DNA of 64,000 nucleotides from Octopus vulgaris (lineage: Eukaryota): positions 143,592,001 through 143,656,000 of the forward strand of contig OX597815.1 in assembly GCA_951406725.2 (NCBI GenBank). Reading direction: 5' to 3'. This document shows positions 39,986 to 53,303 of this stretch, one piece after another. The translations under genes were made by a program, and so were the position numbers. The notes beneath the pieces are model-generated. The model saw only the letters and a program-made list of their open reading frames with translations, searched no databases and was not told the DNA's origin. The first letter of the stretch is position 1. The number at the start of each line of letters is the position of its first letter.

Positions 39986-40136
39986 GACTAACACACACTC
40001 ACACTCACTATGTATGCACATACACATATATATGTATGCACACACACACACACACACATATATCTTTTAATTTTTATCTTTTACTTGTTTCAATCATTTG
40101 ACTGCGGCCATGCTTGAAGGGTTTTTAGTGTAAAAA

Positions 40137-40797
40137 ATATATTATTCAAAGAAATTACAACTTTAATTTTCACGTTTTATTTACAATCTTATAATAATAT
40201 AATATATAATGATAGAGTGGTCGTTGCCAGCGTGCCTTGACTGGCCTCCGTGCCGGTGGCACGTAAAAAGCACCAACCGATCGTGGCCGTTGCCAGCCTC
40301 ACCTGGCACCTGTGCCAGTGGCACATAAAAAGCACCCACTACACTCACGGAATGGTTGGCGTTAGGAAGGGCATCCAGCTGTAGAAACACTGCCAGATCA
40401 GACTGGGCCTGGTGCAGCCTCCCTGGTTTCCCAGACCCCAGTCGAACTTTCCAACCCATGCTGGCATAGAAAGCGGACGTCAAACAATAATGATGATGAT
40501 GATGATTGAATTAGTACTTTCAGGCATTAAAATATGCAATCTTCAGATGCATGTAGTGGTAGTGACAGTTATGTTTTACAATTTACAACAGTTGTAATTT
40601 GTAAAACATAACTGTCATCACTACTACATGAACCTGAAGATTGCATATTTTAATGCATGAAAATTCTAATTCAATCTGAACGGACATTTAATATTGCATC
40701 ATTTTATTATATAATATTATATTATATTATATTATATTATTATAAGATTGTAAATAAAACATGAAAATCAATGTTGGAATTTCTTTGAGCAATATAT
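40137..40797. mobile_element. Palindromic element with a hammerhead motif in each arm (40507-40551 minus, 40629-40673 plus), interrupted by a Meta-core repeat
   Basis: Arms are symmetric about 40590. The left arm reverse strand reads tgcat-CUGAAGA-uugcauauuuuaaugccu-GAAA-GUA-CUA-auuca. Outer arms 40137-40213 and about 40703-40797 also pair. Confidence 0.85.
40214..40505 (+). mobile_element. Meta-core repeat with 2 tandem units
   Basis: Core gttggcgttaggaagggcatccagctgtagaaa and a (GAT)n tail. Confidence 0.85.
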
Positions 40798-41157
40798 ATC
40801 TATATATATGACAGTTTTCTTTCGGTTTCTATTTATCAAATCCACTTAAAAGGCATGGAGCGGTGAGGAAAATTAAGCAGTAAAATACCCATTTCCACCC
40901 TAATCTATCAGTACATACTAGTGCCTCCACATAGTCACTGTACATGTTCAAACTAGCAGTCAAATTGTCTCAAAATACACTAATATCTTTTAAAATAGGA
41001 CAAAGTAGATAACATTGCATGGGATGGTCATAGATGGAATGTCTCTAACCATAGGTTCATTTGATTATGGCTGACCAAGAACTTTAAAAATTGCAACAAA
41101 GTCACATCTTAATGTCTGATGATATGATACTATTTTTGTATCAAAAATTTAGGATAT

Positions 41158-41401
41158 TATCATCATCAACATGAACATCATTGCAATCACCATCGTTATC
41201 ATCATCTCCATCCTCATCAACATCATCACCCTGCCATCATCATGATCATTATTACTTTGTCATCATTATCACAATCATCATCATCCTCACTACCACCACC
41301 ATCATCATCATCATCATCATCATCACCATCACCATTATCGTTGATATCACTACTATCACTGCCGCCAGACACCACCACCATAATCGTCATCATCATCATC
41401 C
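41158..41401. repeat. (CAT)/(CAC) degenerate microsatellite
   Basis: Direct reading. Confidence 0.9.
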
Positions 41402-41786
41402 CCAACTGATGTGGTGGCCCACCTAACTACTCACCATATTAATATTTTAATTAAGCCACAGGAAGCTAGCTCTTAAAATATGTGAGATGGAAGGGAGATG
41501 GTGGTGGTTGGGTGGTTGGATAGCAAAGGCAGGAATTGAACTCACAACAATGAAGCTAATGAGGCAAGACAATATAATGATGGATGCGGAGGAAAAGGAA
41601 GAGGTAGATGAGAATTGCTACCACACAGCTTCTGGAAGAAGTGGGGTGAGATTAGTGGGAACAAGAAAGTGGAAGGGGATTGCAGATGACTTATAATGGG
41701 TAGCGGGTGGGTGGGAGAAGTGCCAGATTGATTATAGGGGAAGGGGGAAGCATAACTAGGGCATGGTATGTGTGTGTATATGTGTG

Positions 41787-41832
<46 letters not shown>

Positions 41833-41929
41833 TAGGGGTGCATATATATATGTGTGTGTGTGTGCTTGTGTTTCTGTGTTTATGTAAAATACACACACAT
41901 ATAGGGGTGGGTGTGTGTGTGTGTATGCT

Positions 41930-41970
<41 letters not shown>

Positions 41971-42610
41971 GTGTATTTACATGTGTATGTGTGTGTGTGT
42001 GTGTTTCAATTAACATAAGGAACTCAAAATACCATCGTATATATCTCCATTTCATATCCACTTTTCTATACTGGCATAAAACAGACAGGTCATAATGTAC
42101 TGTGTGTGTGTGTGGCGGAAACAGAATAAGAGATGAACTTCTAGCGAACCAGATCTATCATTATCCTCTTCTTCACTCACAAGCAGAAAAGACTGTGTTA
42201 GACAACATAGAAGTGGCCAGACCACCGGTTGTTAAGTGGCTATGAATACACTTATGATTCTAATGTGAGATGAGAGGAGGTAAATCCTGATAGCTTATCC
42301 AATAAGGGGCTTATAAGTGCTCATTTGAAAGATTAATTCTTTCAGAAATGCTTTGGTGTGATCAGTAATGTAGTCATCTAGTAGACAACAGATACCTGGT
42401 TCAACTCCTGCAGCGACTTCTGTTCACTTTTCCTGTTTTATGTTGTCTTTGTAAATGTATAATTTAGTAAAGGTCTAAGTATGTATGGTTGGCATTATGA
42501 AGGGCATCCAGCTATAGAAACCATACCAGAGCAGACACTGGAGCATGATGCAGACTTTGGGTCTGTCCAACTCATGCTAGCACAGAACATGAGCATTAAA
42601 TGGTGATGAT

Positions 42611-42831
42611 GGTGAGCTGGCAGAAACGTTAGCGTGCCGGGCGAAATGCTTAGCGGTATTTTGTCTGGCGCAACGTTGTGAGTTCAAATTCCGCTGAGGT
42701 CGACTTTGCCTTTCATCCTTTCGGGGTCGATAAATTAAGTACCAGTTACGCACTGGGGTCGATGTAATCGACTTAATACCTATGTCTGTCCCCTCTATGT
42801 TTAGCCCCTTGTGGGTAATAAAGAAATAGGT
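42611..42831 (+). mobile_element. Full-length young Nin/Deu-domain tRNA SINE
   Basis: B box gagttcaaattcc and Nin/Deu core ctttgcctttcatcctttcggggtcgataaattaagtaccag. TSD ggtgatgat lies at 42602-42610 and 42829-42837. It is inserted in the tail of a Meta-core repeat (about 42480-42610). Confidence 0.9.
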
Positions 42832-43409
42832 GATGATGGTGAGGATGATGATGATTACATGTGTGTGTGTGTGATATTTATACATACATGTGTAATATGA
42901 TATAAACACACACACAACTATTCATTTTCCATGTTAGTATGTATTAGACGGGGGGACATATCTGTGTCAGGTTTCAACAGTTCAATGCTTTTCCTGTCAC
43001 CAACCCTTATCCATTTTTCAAGTAAAGAATTTCTTCTATTTCAAATGTCTTTGAAATTGCACAGCAACTAATCATATAATGCCAACATGGAATGTATACA
43101 TCATATTACCATTTTGCTTAATAAAGTTGAGGAATGTCAACATTCACACACACCCACACACACACAAACACACACGATTATTGCAGCTAGCACCTCACAT
43201 ACAGTCATTCAAACATTCCCTGGTAACATCAATGCTGCTCAAAAATACTCAGAAGAGGGATGCTGTCGAAACTGTGCATGTTTCTATGGTAACCAGGTCT
43301 ACATAAATCTCACAAATACATCTAATTTGTTTGATTTGAGCCTCTATTCACTGACAGTGCTCTACAATATATTAGAAATTCATCTGTGTTATGACTAGTG
43401 TGCTACACA

Positions 43410-43585
43410 CAGAGGGGACAAATGGATTAAGCCGATTATATTGACCCCAGTGCATAACTGGTACTTATTCAATTGACCCAGAAAGGATGAAAGGCAAAGT
43501 CAACTTCGGCATAATTTGAACTCAGAACGTAACGGCAGATGAAATACTGCTAAGCATTTTGCCCGGTGCCCTAACATTTCTGTCA
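43410..43585 (-). mobile_element. Nin/Deu-domain SINE, joined to a CORE-SINE fragment (43585-43720)
   Basis: Reverse complement of about 42625-42795. Confidence 0.85.
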
Positions 43586-44845
43586 ACCAAATCCATTCAC
43601 AAGGATTTGGTCAATCCTGGGCTATTGTCAAAGACACTTGCTCAAGGTACCATACATTCAGATTGAACCCAAAACCCTGTGGTTAGGAAGTAAACTTCTT
43701 AACCACACAGCAATGCTTCTGTGTACATGTATGTGTGCGTGTGTGTGCATGCATCTGCATGTATGCGTGTGTGTGTGTGTATGCATTGTATATCTATAGT
43801 GTGCTTGTGGGCTGATGATTATCCCTTAATATCTGTTGATAAAGCCAAGCCTCTGTCTATTTGTCTGTCCGTCAGTGTATGTGCATGAGTGTATGTGTGT
43901 GTGTGTGTATTCATGTGTGTTGTAGGTCTAAGGCATATCCCTCAGCATACCTCCAGATCCTAACAACAACAATAACAAAAACAAGACAAAAATGCTGGAA
44001 GCGAGAAATCTCTCCCTTAAATTCACACACCTCCCCCTATCACCATCACCACCACTGCCACCACCATATTGAGTCTCCTCTGTCCCTTGTACTGTAAGAG
44101 GAAAGGATTTTGTAAAAGCCTAGGTAAATAGGGGACAGGAAAATATGATAGCAGTTCTTACAAGAGAAGAAGGTGGGGATAATAGAATACCTGAGATGAA
44201 AGGGGAAAAATATAAAAACTGAAGGTGAAATGGAGGGGGTGGGGCAAGCTGGGTGAAGTGGACTGAATTTGTGGGAGAGTAGGGGTCCTTAAGTATGATA
44301 GGGAAAGTATGTTTAGAGATAGTCAGGTGAGAATTAACACACATATACATACAGATATATATATAAATAAGCATCTAAATATACGTGTGCGAGAACAGCA
44401 CAGGATGCATCAACGAAGGGATTTTTCTGAAATTTGATGTTCTTGATAATACCAAATAGATGTAACTATACATGTTTTATTATGTGCATGTGTGCACGTG
44501 CAGACACACATACAGAGTGCCATGTATGTATACACGCACACACACACACAACACACACTTATACACAGACAAACAGACAGAAGCGGTCAGTGGGTTATCA
44601 GGTATGAATTAACAGTTTACATCCAAAACATATAATGAATAAAGAAAAGGAAGGAAGAAAGAGATACAGACAGATTGGAAGATAGATAAACAAATATTGG
44701 CATACATATATACATACATACACATACATACATATTCACACACGTAAATGCATAGCTTCATAGACACAAAGTGAGAAAACGAAGAGAGTGACAGTAAGTC
44801 AGTGAGAGGTTCAAGATATATTCAACATTATAGGGGCATACATAC

Positions 44846-44886
<41 letters not shown>

Positions 44887-45694
44887 CAGGAGAATGAGAT
44901 AGAGCAAGAGAAAGGGATGGAGAGAGAGAGAGATAGATCACATAGATCCAATAACAGAGTGACCAAGACGCATAGACATCTAGAGAGTGAACAGCAACAG
45001 TCAAAAGATAATAAAGCAGTATATACACTCCCTTCTCTTGTCTTTCTTTGTAGGTAGTTATTAACATGCATTACAACGGACAGGTGTGTGTGTGTGTGTG
45101 TGTCTACATATGTGTGTGTGTGAGCATGTGTGTGTTTGTACCTACATGCATACATATATATGTAAATGTGTGTATACCTGTAGGTCGTATCCATGGAGAC
45201 AGAGCCAGCTATACAGTTTACCTGTAATTTACCTGATCCCCTGCATAAAACACCTGAAGGCAGATTTTCAAGTTAAGTACTGTCCATAGTGACACCAATT
45301 TTCCACCTACCCACCCACATCTAATCCCTATTTTTACCTCCCAACACTCTCTCTCTCCCCCCTCTCTCTATCTCTCTCTCTCTCTCTGCCCCCACCTTCA
45401 TCCCACTCTGCCCCTACCCTCATCCCACTCTGCTCCTAAACACCTACACAAGGAGTCTTTGCATGGTTACTAGACCTGCTAGAAATAGCTGCCAAATTTC
45501 TTCCTTCAAACCACACCACACAGTCTCAAGAGAATGACAGATACATTAGATGATGTAGTCCAACTTATACCTTATAAGACAGGGTGGCCATAGCTGGAAA
45601 GTCTTTGATCAGAGACCTGCTTAGTCAAGTTTGCGTTGGAACTGAACAAATATAACAATACATACACACATGCCTGCCAGCTAGGACAGAATGC

Positions 45695-45734
<40 letters not shown>

Positions 45735-45759
45735 TGGTTTGAACATATATGTTTGTTTT

Positions 45760-46135
45760 TCTCTGCTGGCAAAGGTTGGACAAGCACTTATTTTTGAGAT
45801 TGTGTGTCTTGCAAGCTACTTGATGACCTCAGTCATACTAGTGTTACATAAAAAGTACCCAGTACATGCTGTAAATGATTGGGGTTAGAAAGGGCATCCA
45901 GCTACAGAAATGTTACTAGAACAGACACTGGAGCTCAATGTGATTCCTCGAAGTGTTGGATCTTGTCATGCCTAACTCATACCAGCATGGAATCATCATC
46001 ATCATCATCATCATCATCATTTAGCGTCCACTTTCCATGCTAGCATGGGTTGGACGGTTCAACTGGGGTCTGGGAAGCCAGAAGGCTGCACCAGGCCCAG
46101 TCTGATCTGGCAATGTTTCTATGGCTGGATGCCAT
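45760..46135. mobile_element. Two Meta-core repeat copies tail-to-tail (+ 45760-45992, - 45993-46135)
   Basis: An old + copy ends ccagcatggaa, followed by (CAT)n and a young - copy. Confidence 0.75.
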
Positions 46136-46219
46136 GCTAAATGATGAGGGTGATGAGTGTGTGTATGTGTGTGTACATGCACACACATACATACATACAC
46201 ACAGACACATGCATATATA

Positions 46220-47028
46220 CACAATTTAAAAGAGAGTGACTAATAGTTTCATGATGTTGAGATACAAGAAAAATATGGCTGATTTATATAACATGCCTGT
46301 GTCTCCAAGCAATCTTTCAGGCTCATTGCATATCATTAGACCTATTTGAAAACCAGGATGTTGGTCTATGAAGAAACATGCGAAAAAATTGGGAAGCAAA
46401 ACACAAAGAAGGTTGATGCAAAAAGTGGAATGAGAAGAAAGAAAAGAAAGAAAACCAAAATCTTTGTCCTCTTTCTTATTAGAAATTATAATTAATCTAG
46501 TTGGTGTAGAATAATATAACAGAGAGGAGGCCAAAGTCTGTAGATAGCTACTCAACCAGGAGAGGGTGGGGTCCAACAGTTCAACAAAAGAAATTTGTCT
46601 ATGTGCTTGCATTTGCTAATAATTTCAGATCTGGAATTACAGTGTGGTGGAATTGTTGGATCTAAAAAGAATGTACAATCTTCCAGCTACACACAACTTA
46701 CATATGGCATACACCTCTCTATAATTCTTCATTTGATTGTATGTGGTGTGCAGTTGGTCTTGAGATCTTAGTGACTTTATTTTTATCAATGTATCAGAAA
46801 GAAGACTGGTGGTTTGCATACCAGCCTTTAAAATTGCCTTTGCATCAACCTTTTTTGCATTTTTCTTCCTGTTTTTTTCACATAGGCCAGTGTCCTGGTT
46901 TTCAAAGAGGTCTAACGGCATGCACTGAGCCTGTAAATTATTTGGAGCCATGTGGCATCTTATATAATTCTGACAAACTATTGTATCTCTACAGCATGAA
47001 ACGATTAGTAACTCTTTATTAAATTGTG
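46220..47028. mobile_element. Long-TIR (about 200 bp) non-autonomous DNA element / foldback
   Basis: 46220-46423 aligns by eye with the reverse complement of 46839-47028 (cacaatttaa, gagt.actaat.gtttcatg, ttagacct.tttgaaaaccagga, aaggttgatgcaaa). TA flanks both sides. Confidence 0.8.
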
Positions 47029-47115
47029 TATATTAAATGATATTTATCTCTCACTTGATAAAGTACTTTTTTGTGGATCCTAGCTATAATGAAACAGTAG
47101 ACTACAGGCATACAT

Positions 47116-47303
47116 ATGAGGAAGGCTTTGAAGGATGCCATGCTCTATAATGTGGTGGTTACTAAGGAAAGTAGATGGAAATGAATGGCTTGTGAAAGTT
47201 GTTAAAAGTTATGTACAATGGTACAATAGATAAAATGAAAGTCAATAACGAACTCAGCAATGAATTTAGCATGAAGGCAGAAGTCCATCAAGGCTCAGTC
47301 CTA
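47116..47303 (+). pseudogene. Decayed RTE LINE RT fragment
   Basis: Translates to PCSIMWWLLRKVDGNEWLVKVVK and KMKVNNELSNEFSMKAEVHQGSVL (RT QGSVL motif). Confidence 0.85.
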
Positions 47304-48206
47304 ATTGACAAAATGCAATACTGCAGCAGACCATCTACCCATAGCAACACATACTCCAACTGAAGGATAATGTCTACAATTGGTTTGTTAAGAAGTTCGC
47401 TTATCAACCATATAATTTCAGGTCCAGTCTTACTGTCCCTTCCTCTTGAGTTATTTTCCTTAGCTCACTCTACTTTTAAGTATGCAAGTTAGCACTGGCA
47501 AAAAAATATAGCAAAACTTTGTTCCTAAATTAAAAATGTAATTTTCTGATCTGCAAATATGTTGTGACGAGGTCTAATTGACCAAAACCTATGTCCATAG
47601 TTGACTCCTGCTCGCAACAAAGATCAGACTGTCCTTACTCTCGGTATGTAAATTAATAAGAAATTTATTTTTAATCTCTTGAAATTATCTTTTGTTTTCT
47701 TTGAGAGTAACTAACAATTTTCTCAACTTTTTTCTTTCCAGCATTTAATCTCAAACTTAATCATGCACGGGTTATTTCTGGTGCTGAAAATACTGGAAAA
47801 TAATCAGACCTACTTTTATATTATATTTATAACAGATATAATAAACCATCTCTTGTGTGTAGGTGTATTTCTGTGTTTTTTGGTTGGCTTCTTTCTTCTT
47901 GTTCTCTCTTTTTCTGTCATATTTATTACATTTCATCTTTCTTATCTGCAAGCCCAAACCCAGTAGACCTAAGATCAAAGACCTTCCAGCTGTGACAATC
48001 CTATCTTTATATTCAGGCATAGATTATCTACGACATGATTATCTAATATGCTTGTTTTTTTTTAGTTGCTTTTTCTTTAAGATTGGAGAATAAGATTTCA
48101 GGGAGAATTGTCTACTCTTTCTAGTAAACAAATGATATGTATAAGACCTTGCCTAACAGTACTCTGTTTCTACAAGTACAAACATTCGGAGAGAAATCTA
48201 TAAAAA

Positions 48207-48390
48207 CTGTATCAGGACATTTACCACCCATAGGACAATTCCGCCCCCACCCCCGATGACAACTACCCTACCCCCTGATTAATTACCTCCCCTCTCCAAT
48301 ATTAAGAAATTTTAAATCATAATTTGTTGTCCTCAAGGGTAATTGTCTTTGGTGGGGTTATTGTCCATGTAGAATAAATGTCCTAGACTC
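48207..48390. mobile_element. Small MITE-like element
   Basis: Inverted ends aggacattta (48214) / taaatgtcct (48375), with inner ggacaat / attgtcc repeats. Confidence 0.6.
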
Positions 48391-49208
48391 GTAAAAAACA
48401 TAGTATTGTTGTCATTATGTAACCCCAGTCTGGCTCTGATTGAACAGACCTGTCATCAAAGGCCTCTTTTGGTATATCTAGGATACATCCTACTTTTTGA
48501 AGATGCTAAAGTGTAATTTTAGGTAAGATTTGGCTGCTATTTCTTACAGGCTAGGTGACAATGCTGAGGTTTTTATCATCTTGTGATATCATCTTTAGTT
48601 ATCTAAAGATGATTTATCATCTTTAGTTATCTAAAGAATAAATATCAATCCTCTTCTGCTTCACACTGTCGCCACCCCTCTATTCTTAAGCTAACTCCAC
48701 CACTGCCGCCACAGATCAACACCTCCTCAATAATGCTCTTCTTTCATCCTTCCATCTTTAATTTATAGCATGTGTCATGGTGGTGGTGGTGACATTATGA
48801 GGTGGGGATGATAGTTGAGGGTGGGTTGTCAATTGTTTTAACACCTTCACCACTACCACTTCCTACCTAGACAGCTAAGGTCAAATGAAGGACAGGTGAT
48901 AGATTTCCATACCTTTTCCACATAACCCCACCCGAGTCTTTTCTCCCTACTCCTTGCCACCATCCTATTCACTTCCATCCCACCCCTGCAGTCTGTTTGC
49001 CCGGCTGTCTCACTCTTGAATATCTCCCCTCATTCTCCAACATCATCATTTTACACTCTCCACCCCAGTGTTTCAATCTAGCTACCCTGTCTCCCCAGCC
49101 TTCCCTTTAATGATAGTTACCATTCTGATTAAATACTGCTGTTATTTGTCAGTTTATCTGTCTGTCTGTCTCCATCAATGTGTGTCTTCATCAATGCATG
49201 TACCCATG

Positions 49209-49520
49209 TGTGAAGGTGCATGGCTTAGTGATTAGGGAATTCAGCTCATAATCATAAGGCCATGAGTTCAATTCCTGATGATGTGTTGTGTCATTGAACA
49301 AAGCACTTTATTTCACACTGCCCCAGTCTGCTCAGCAGGCAAAAATAAGTTTTACCTGTAATTCAAAGGAGCCAGCCTTGTCACACTCTGTGATACACTC
49401 AATCTCCCTGAGAATCTCCTGTCTGTAGATTGCTCATCCATTTGTACAATAATTTCATGAGCAGGCTGTTTTGTTCATTGGGTCAACTGGAACCCTCATT
49501 GTCATAACTGACTGAGGGCA
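49209..49520 (+). mobile_element. tRNA-headed SINE (family of 1049 and 15391)
   Basis: tggcttagtg, gagttcaattcc, and the shared 3' body. Confidence 0.8.
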
Positions 49521-49983
49521 AGTTTCTGTGTGTTTACATCAGTCTGTCTGCTTGTCTGTCTATTTGCTTGTCTGTCTGTCTACTTCCTTTTGTTTCGTCT
49601 CTCTATAAATACTCCATCTCTTCTCCATTACATTTTCTCCTCTAACCACCAACTCATATTTACCTATTGCTACCTACATTATGTGATGTTGTATAGTATA
49701 GCAGAGTGTATGATGTTACAGTGAGGTGTGTTAAAGTGTATTTTGTAGTGTGTGAATTGGGGAAGAGGACACAGGCAGGACCATTTTCTCTGTTCTAGTG
49801 GTACAAAAAAACGAAAAAAAGCATTCAGTACACACTGCAAAGAGGCTGGCATTGAGAAGGGCAACTAACCATAGAAACTATGCCAAAGCTGACAATAGAA
49901 CTCAATGCAGTCTTCCAGCTAGATGATGATGATGATATGTATATTGTTGCGCAGAGATTAGCAGTCCAGGCTAATGTATCATC

Positions 49984-50024
<41 letters not shown>

Positions 50025-50648
50025 CTGGTATATTTATAGTTGTGTAGAAATTGGGGGCCCAGATTGGACTGTCTTCTGTGTCTAAGAGTGAATGATGGCT
50101 GGTTGAATTTGATATTCTGCACTGATACTTATAAGAAAAGGTGATTGTTGTCATTTGGGCTTTTCCCACAAGTAAAATTCTGATCAAGCAGACCTATGAT
50201 TAAAGACATTCCAGCTTTGACCAATCCATCTTATTTCCGTACATTTTATTAAGGAATACGTACAGTATAATGTTCAAATTTTAAAACGGTATAGTGCAGC
50301 TTGTGGAGAATTTGGTTGCTATGTCTCAGAGGTCAAGCAAACCCATAATCCTCTTCATTGACTGAAAGAGAAACGGTAGAACTAGTAAGCTCAAATTTTA
50401 ATCTCTTTAAATTTTTAGGTGTTCAATGTTGATGTATAACTGTATGTGAAAAGTAATGGTGACAAGTACCATAATATCATCTGTGTGAACTTGTATGTAT
50501 ATTTGGTAGTGGTGAATGCGACAGTCCATTTGGAATGGCATAAGCATTAGAAGTGTTGTTGCTCCATACAACATTGACCCAACAACCAGAAACATAAACA
50601 CAAGAGGAAGACTAACAAATTTAAAGCTACAAATCTCCCCCCCTCTCT

Positions 50649-50684
<36 letters not shown>

Positions 50685-50760
50685 TTTTGATTAATTAAAA
50701 TTGTTTCCATAATAAAAAAAATAATATCAATAGCATTAATGATACTTCATGTCAAAGACA

Positions 50761-50870
50761 AATAGTATTTTAAGGGCCCTTGCAAAAATTTTGTTTTAGA
50801 TGTATGTACTGGTGCTTATTGCAAGAAATAGTGAGGTTTCTTTCTCTAAAATTTTAGTGAATGTGTGAAA
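50761..50870 (-). mobile_element. Internal fragment of the hAT MITE family at 56150-56681
   Basis: Reverse complement of about 56277-56387. Confidence 0.8.
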
Positions 50871-51068
50871 ATTGAAATGGAGGATCTTATTGCTGGGTAA
50901 AGCTTATCTGTGGTAACAAGAGTTCCAACTCCAGAAATGTTTCAGTGCTACAAGACCTCCACAGCAAAATATAGCCTTCCTGAGGTAATATTTCTTGTTT
51001 TTATTGCAGATGACAACCATTCATCATCATCATCATCGTTTTAATGTTTACTTTTCCTTGCACAAATA

Positions 51069-51108
<40 letters not shown>

Positions 51109-51324
51109 ATTATTATTATTTCTAAATCTCTCTAACAGAGAGATATGGCAGCAGTACTGGGCATTAATATTTATTGCCAAGCTAACATGGCAGTTCAGAG
51201 AAATAGGACGAATTCTACCATTAATTAGCTCCAAGAGGCCATCGCCTCCAGCTAACCATGTGACACACAAATGGCAGCATTCATTAGCCTGGTAATAAAT
51301 AAATAAATATACATATATATATAT

Positions 51325-51485
51325 GATAGGCTTCTTTCAGTTCCCATCAACCAAATCTACTCACAAGGCTTTGGTTGGCTTGGGCTATATATAGTAGAAG
51401 ACCCTTGTCCAAAGTGCCACATGGTGAGACTGAACCTAAAACCAAGTAATTGGGAAACAGACTTCTTACCACACAGTCATGTCTG
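51325..51485 (-). mobile_element. CORE-type SINE, 5' half
   Basis: ggcttctttcagttcccatcaaccaaatctactcacaaggctttgg matches the family. Confidence 0.75.
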
Positions 51486-51945
51486 AGTCTGCATACATAA
51501 AATGGAAATCGAGGAAAAGGAGCCAAAAATTTGTTGACAATAGCTAGAATGGTGCATTGTAAGAAGGGAACTCTGTGTCATTAAAAGCCATCGTGTATAT
51601 GTATTCCTGCTGATACACAGTTGGTTCATCTTCAAGAATTAACAGCTAAATCTCCCTCAAACTACTCCCTCACCCTTGCTCTCACCCTGGCATAATGGCA
51701 AAAACATATAGCTGTGGTATGTCAGGGATGGTGTGGTATACGATGTTATGTGGTGCAACACAACAGGAAGTACAGAAGCACAAAAGCAGATTGTGTATGT
51801 GTGTGTGCGCGCGTGTGTGTGTGTGTGTATATATATAAACACATATACATATGAGAGTGTGTACGTGTGTGTGTATATTTACAAAGAGTAAGACAGTGAA
51901 AAAGAGAAAGGGTAGTAGAGATGACAGCAATGAGTGGTGGTGGTG

Positions 51946-51991
<46 letters not shown>

Positions 51992-52551
51992 AAAAAGCAA
52001 GAGCAGCAGTAGCAGCAGCAGCAGTAGCATTGAGAGGCTACTGTCTTGTGCTGTATCAGCTGACCCAGTGCTCAGCTATGTCAACAATGTGTTACTATGT
52101 GTTTCTCACCTGTGTAACTAACCACTGTTGATGTGGTGGTAGTGGTGGTGGTGGTGGCGGTGGTGTTGATTAGTTTCACACCTGACATTAAGTCATCTGT
52201 GACCAGACAATGACTGATGGAGGTGGGGCAATTAATTAAAGCTTTCTGTTGCTGCTGCTGCTGCTGTTGTTGTTGTTAAGGCTACAGGGAATCTTGGATT
52301 TCAACACCTGGTTCCTTGTCAGTTTAGCTATGAAAGTGATTGTGTGTGTGTGTGTTCATTATTGTAATGACCCTCCCAAGACACAGCAATATGTGCTTGT
52401 GTGTATGTGCATGTGTGTGTTTACACACACACAAACATATATATACATACACATATACAAACATATGTTGGAAGGCAGACATTAAATGATGATAACATAA
52501 ATATATACCCATATGAATATATGGGTATATACGCAGCCATACATATATGCA

Positions 52552-52680
52552 TATATTAAGTTGAATAAAGTTGAAACATGGTCTGGTTTTCATTATTTTT
52601 TATTATGGTATTTTAAAATATTTTAAAATACCAGAATAAAAAATTGTGAAAACCAGGTCTAACTTTATTCAAGTGATATA
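52552..52680. repeat. AT-rich palindrome
   Basis: Perfect 28-bp centre tggtattttaaaatattttaaaatacca (52606-52633) and outer arms ttgaataaagtt / aactttattcaa. Confidence 0.9.
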
Positions 52681-53120
52681 TTATTCTCCACACATTTACA
52701 CAAATTCGGAATACATACATACATACATATATATATATGCACACACACATGCCACATTCATACATATGTGTGTAACTGTGTGTATTTGACAAATAATGTA
52801 TAACAGCGTAAATATAACATATATAAGTATACATGTGTGTGTGTGTGTGTATGTGTGTCCTGTGAGAATGTATATAAAACGAAACAATTCAGTGCCAACT
52901 CAGTAATTTCTCTCCTGTTTCTATGAGAGAAATCAATAATGTATTAGTGCCATCAACAGGCAGACTGGTCAGAGTTGGTTCACTATAGATATAGTAGTCA
53001 ATGGTTACAGAGAGTCGACTGGACGGACATGTGTCTATCTCCAATAAGATACTGGTTGTAGGTAGACACAATGTATAGATGTTGACTGTATAGATATATA
53101 AGGTGCAATGTGTAGATGTT

Positions 53121-53159
<39 letters not shown>

Positions 53160-53177
53160 TATACATACATATATTTT

Positions 53178-53267
<90 letters not shown>

Positions 53268-53303
53268 CATACATACATATATATACATACATATATACAT
53301 ACA

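Noticed and set aside
46226-47022. ORFs of 93-128 aa inside the long-TIR element as transposase
   Set aside because: No DDE or DNA-binding motifs are recognisable, and the ORFs overlap the TIRs in non-equivalent frames.
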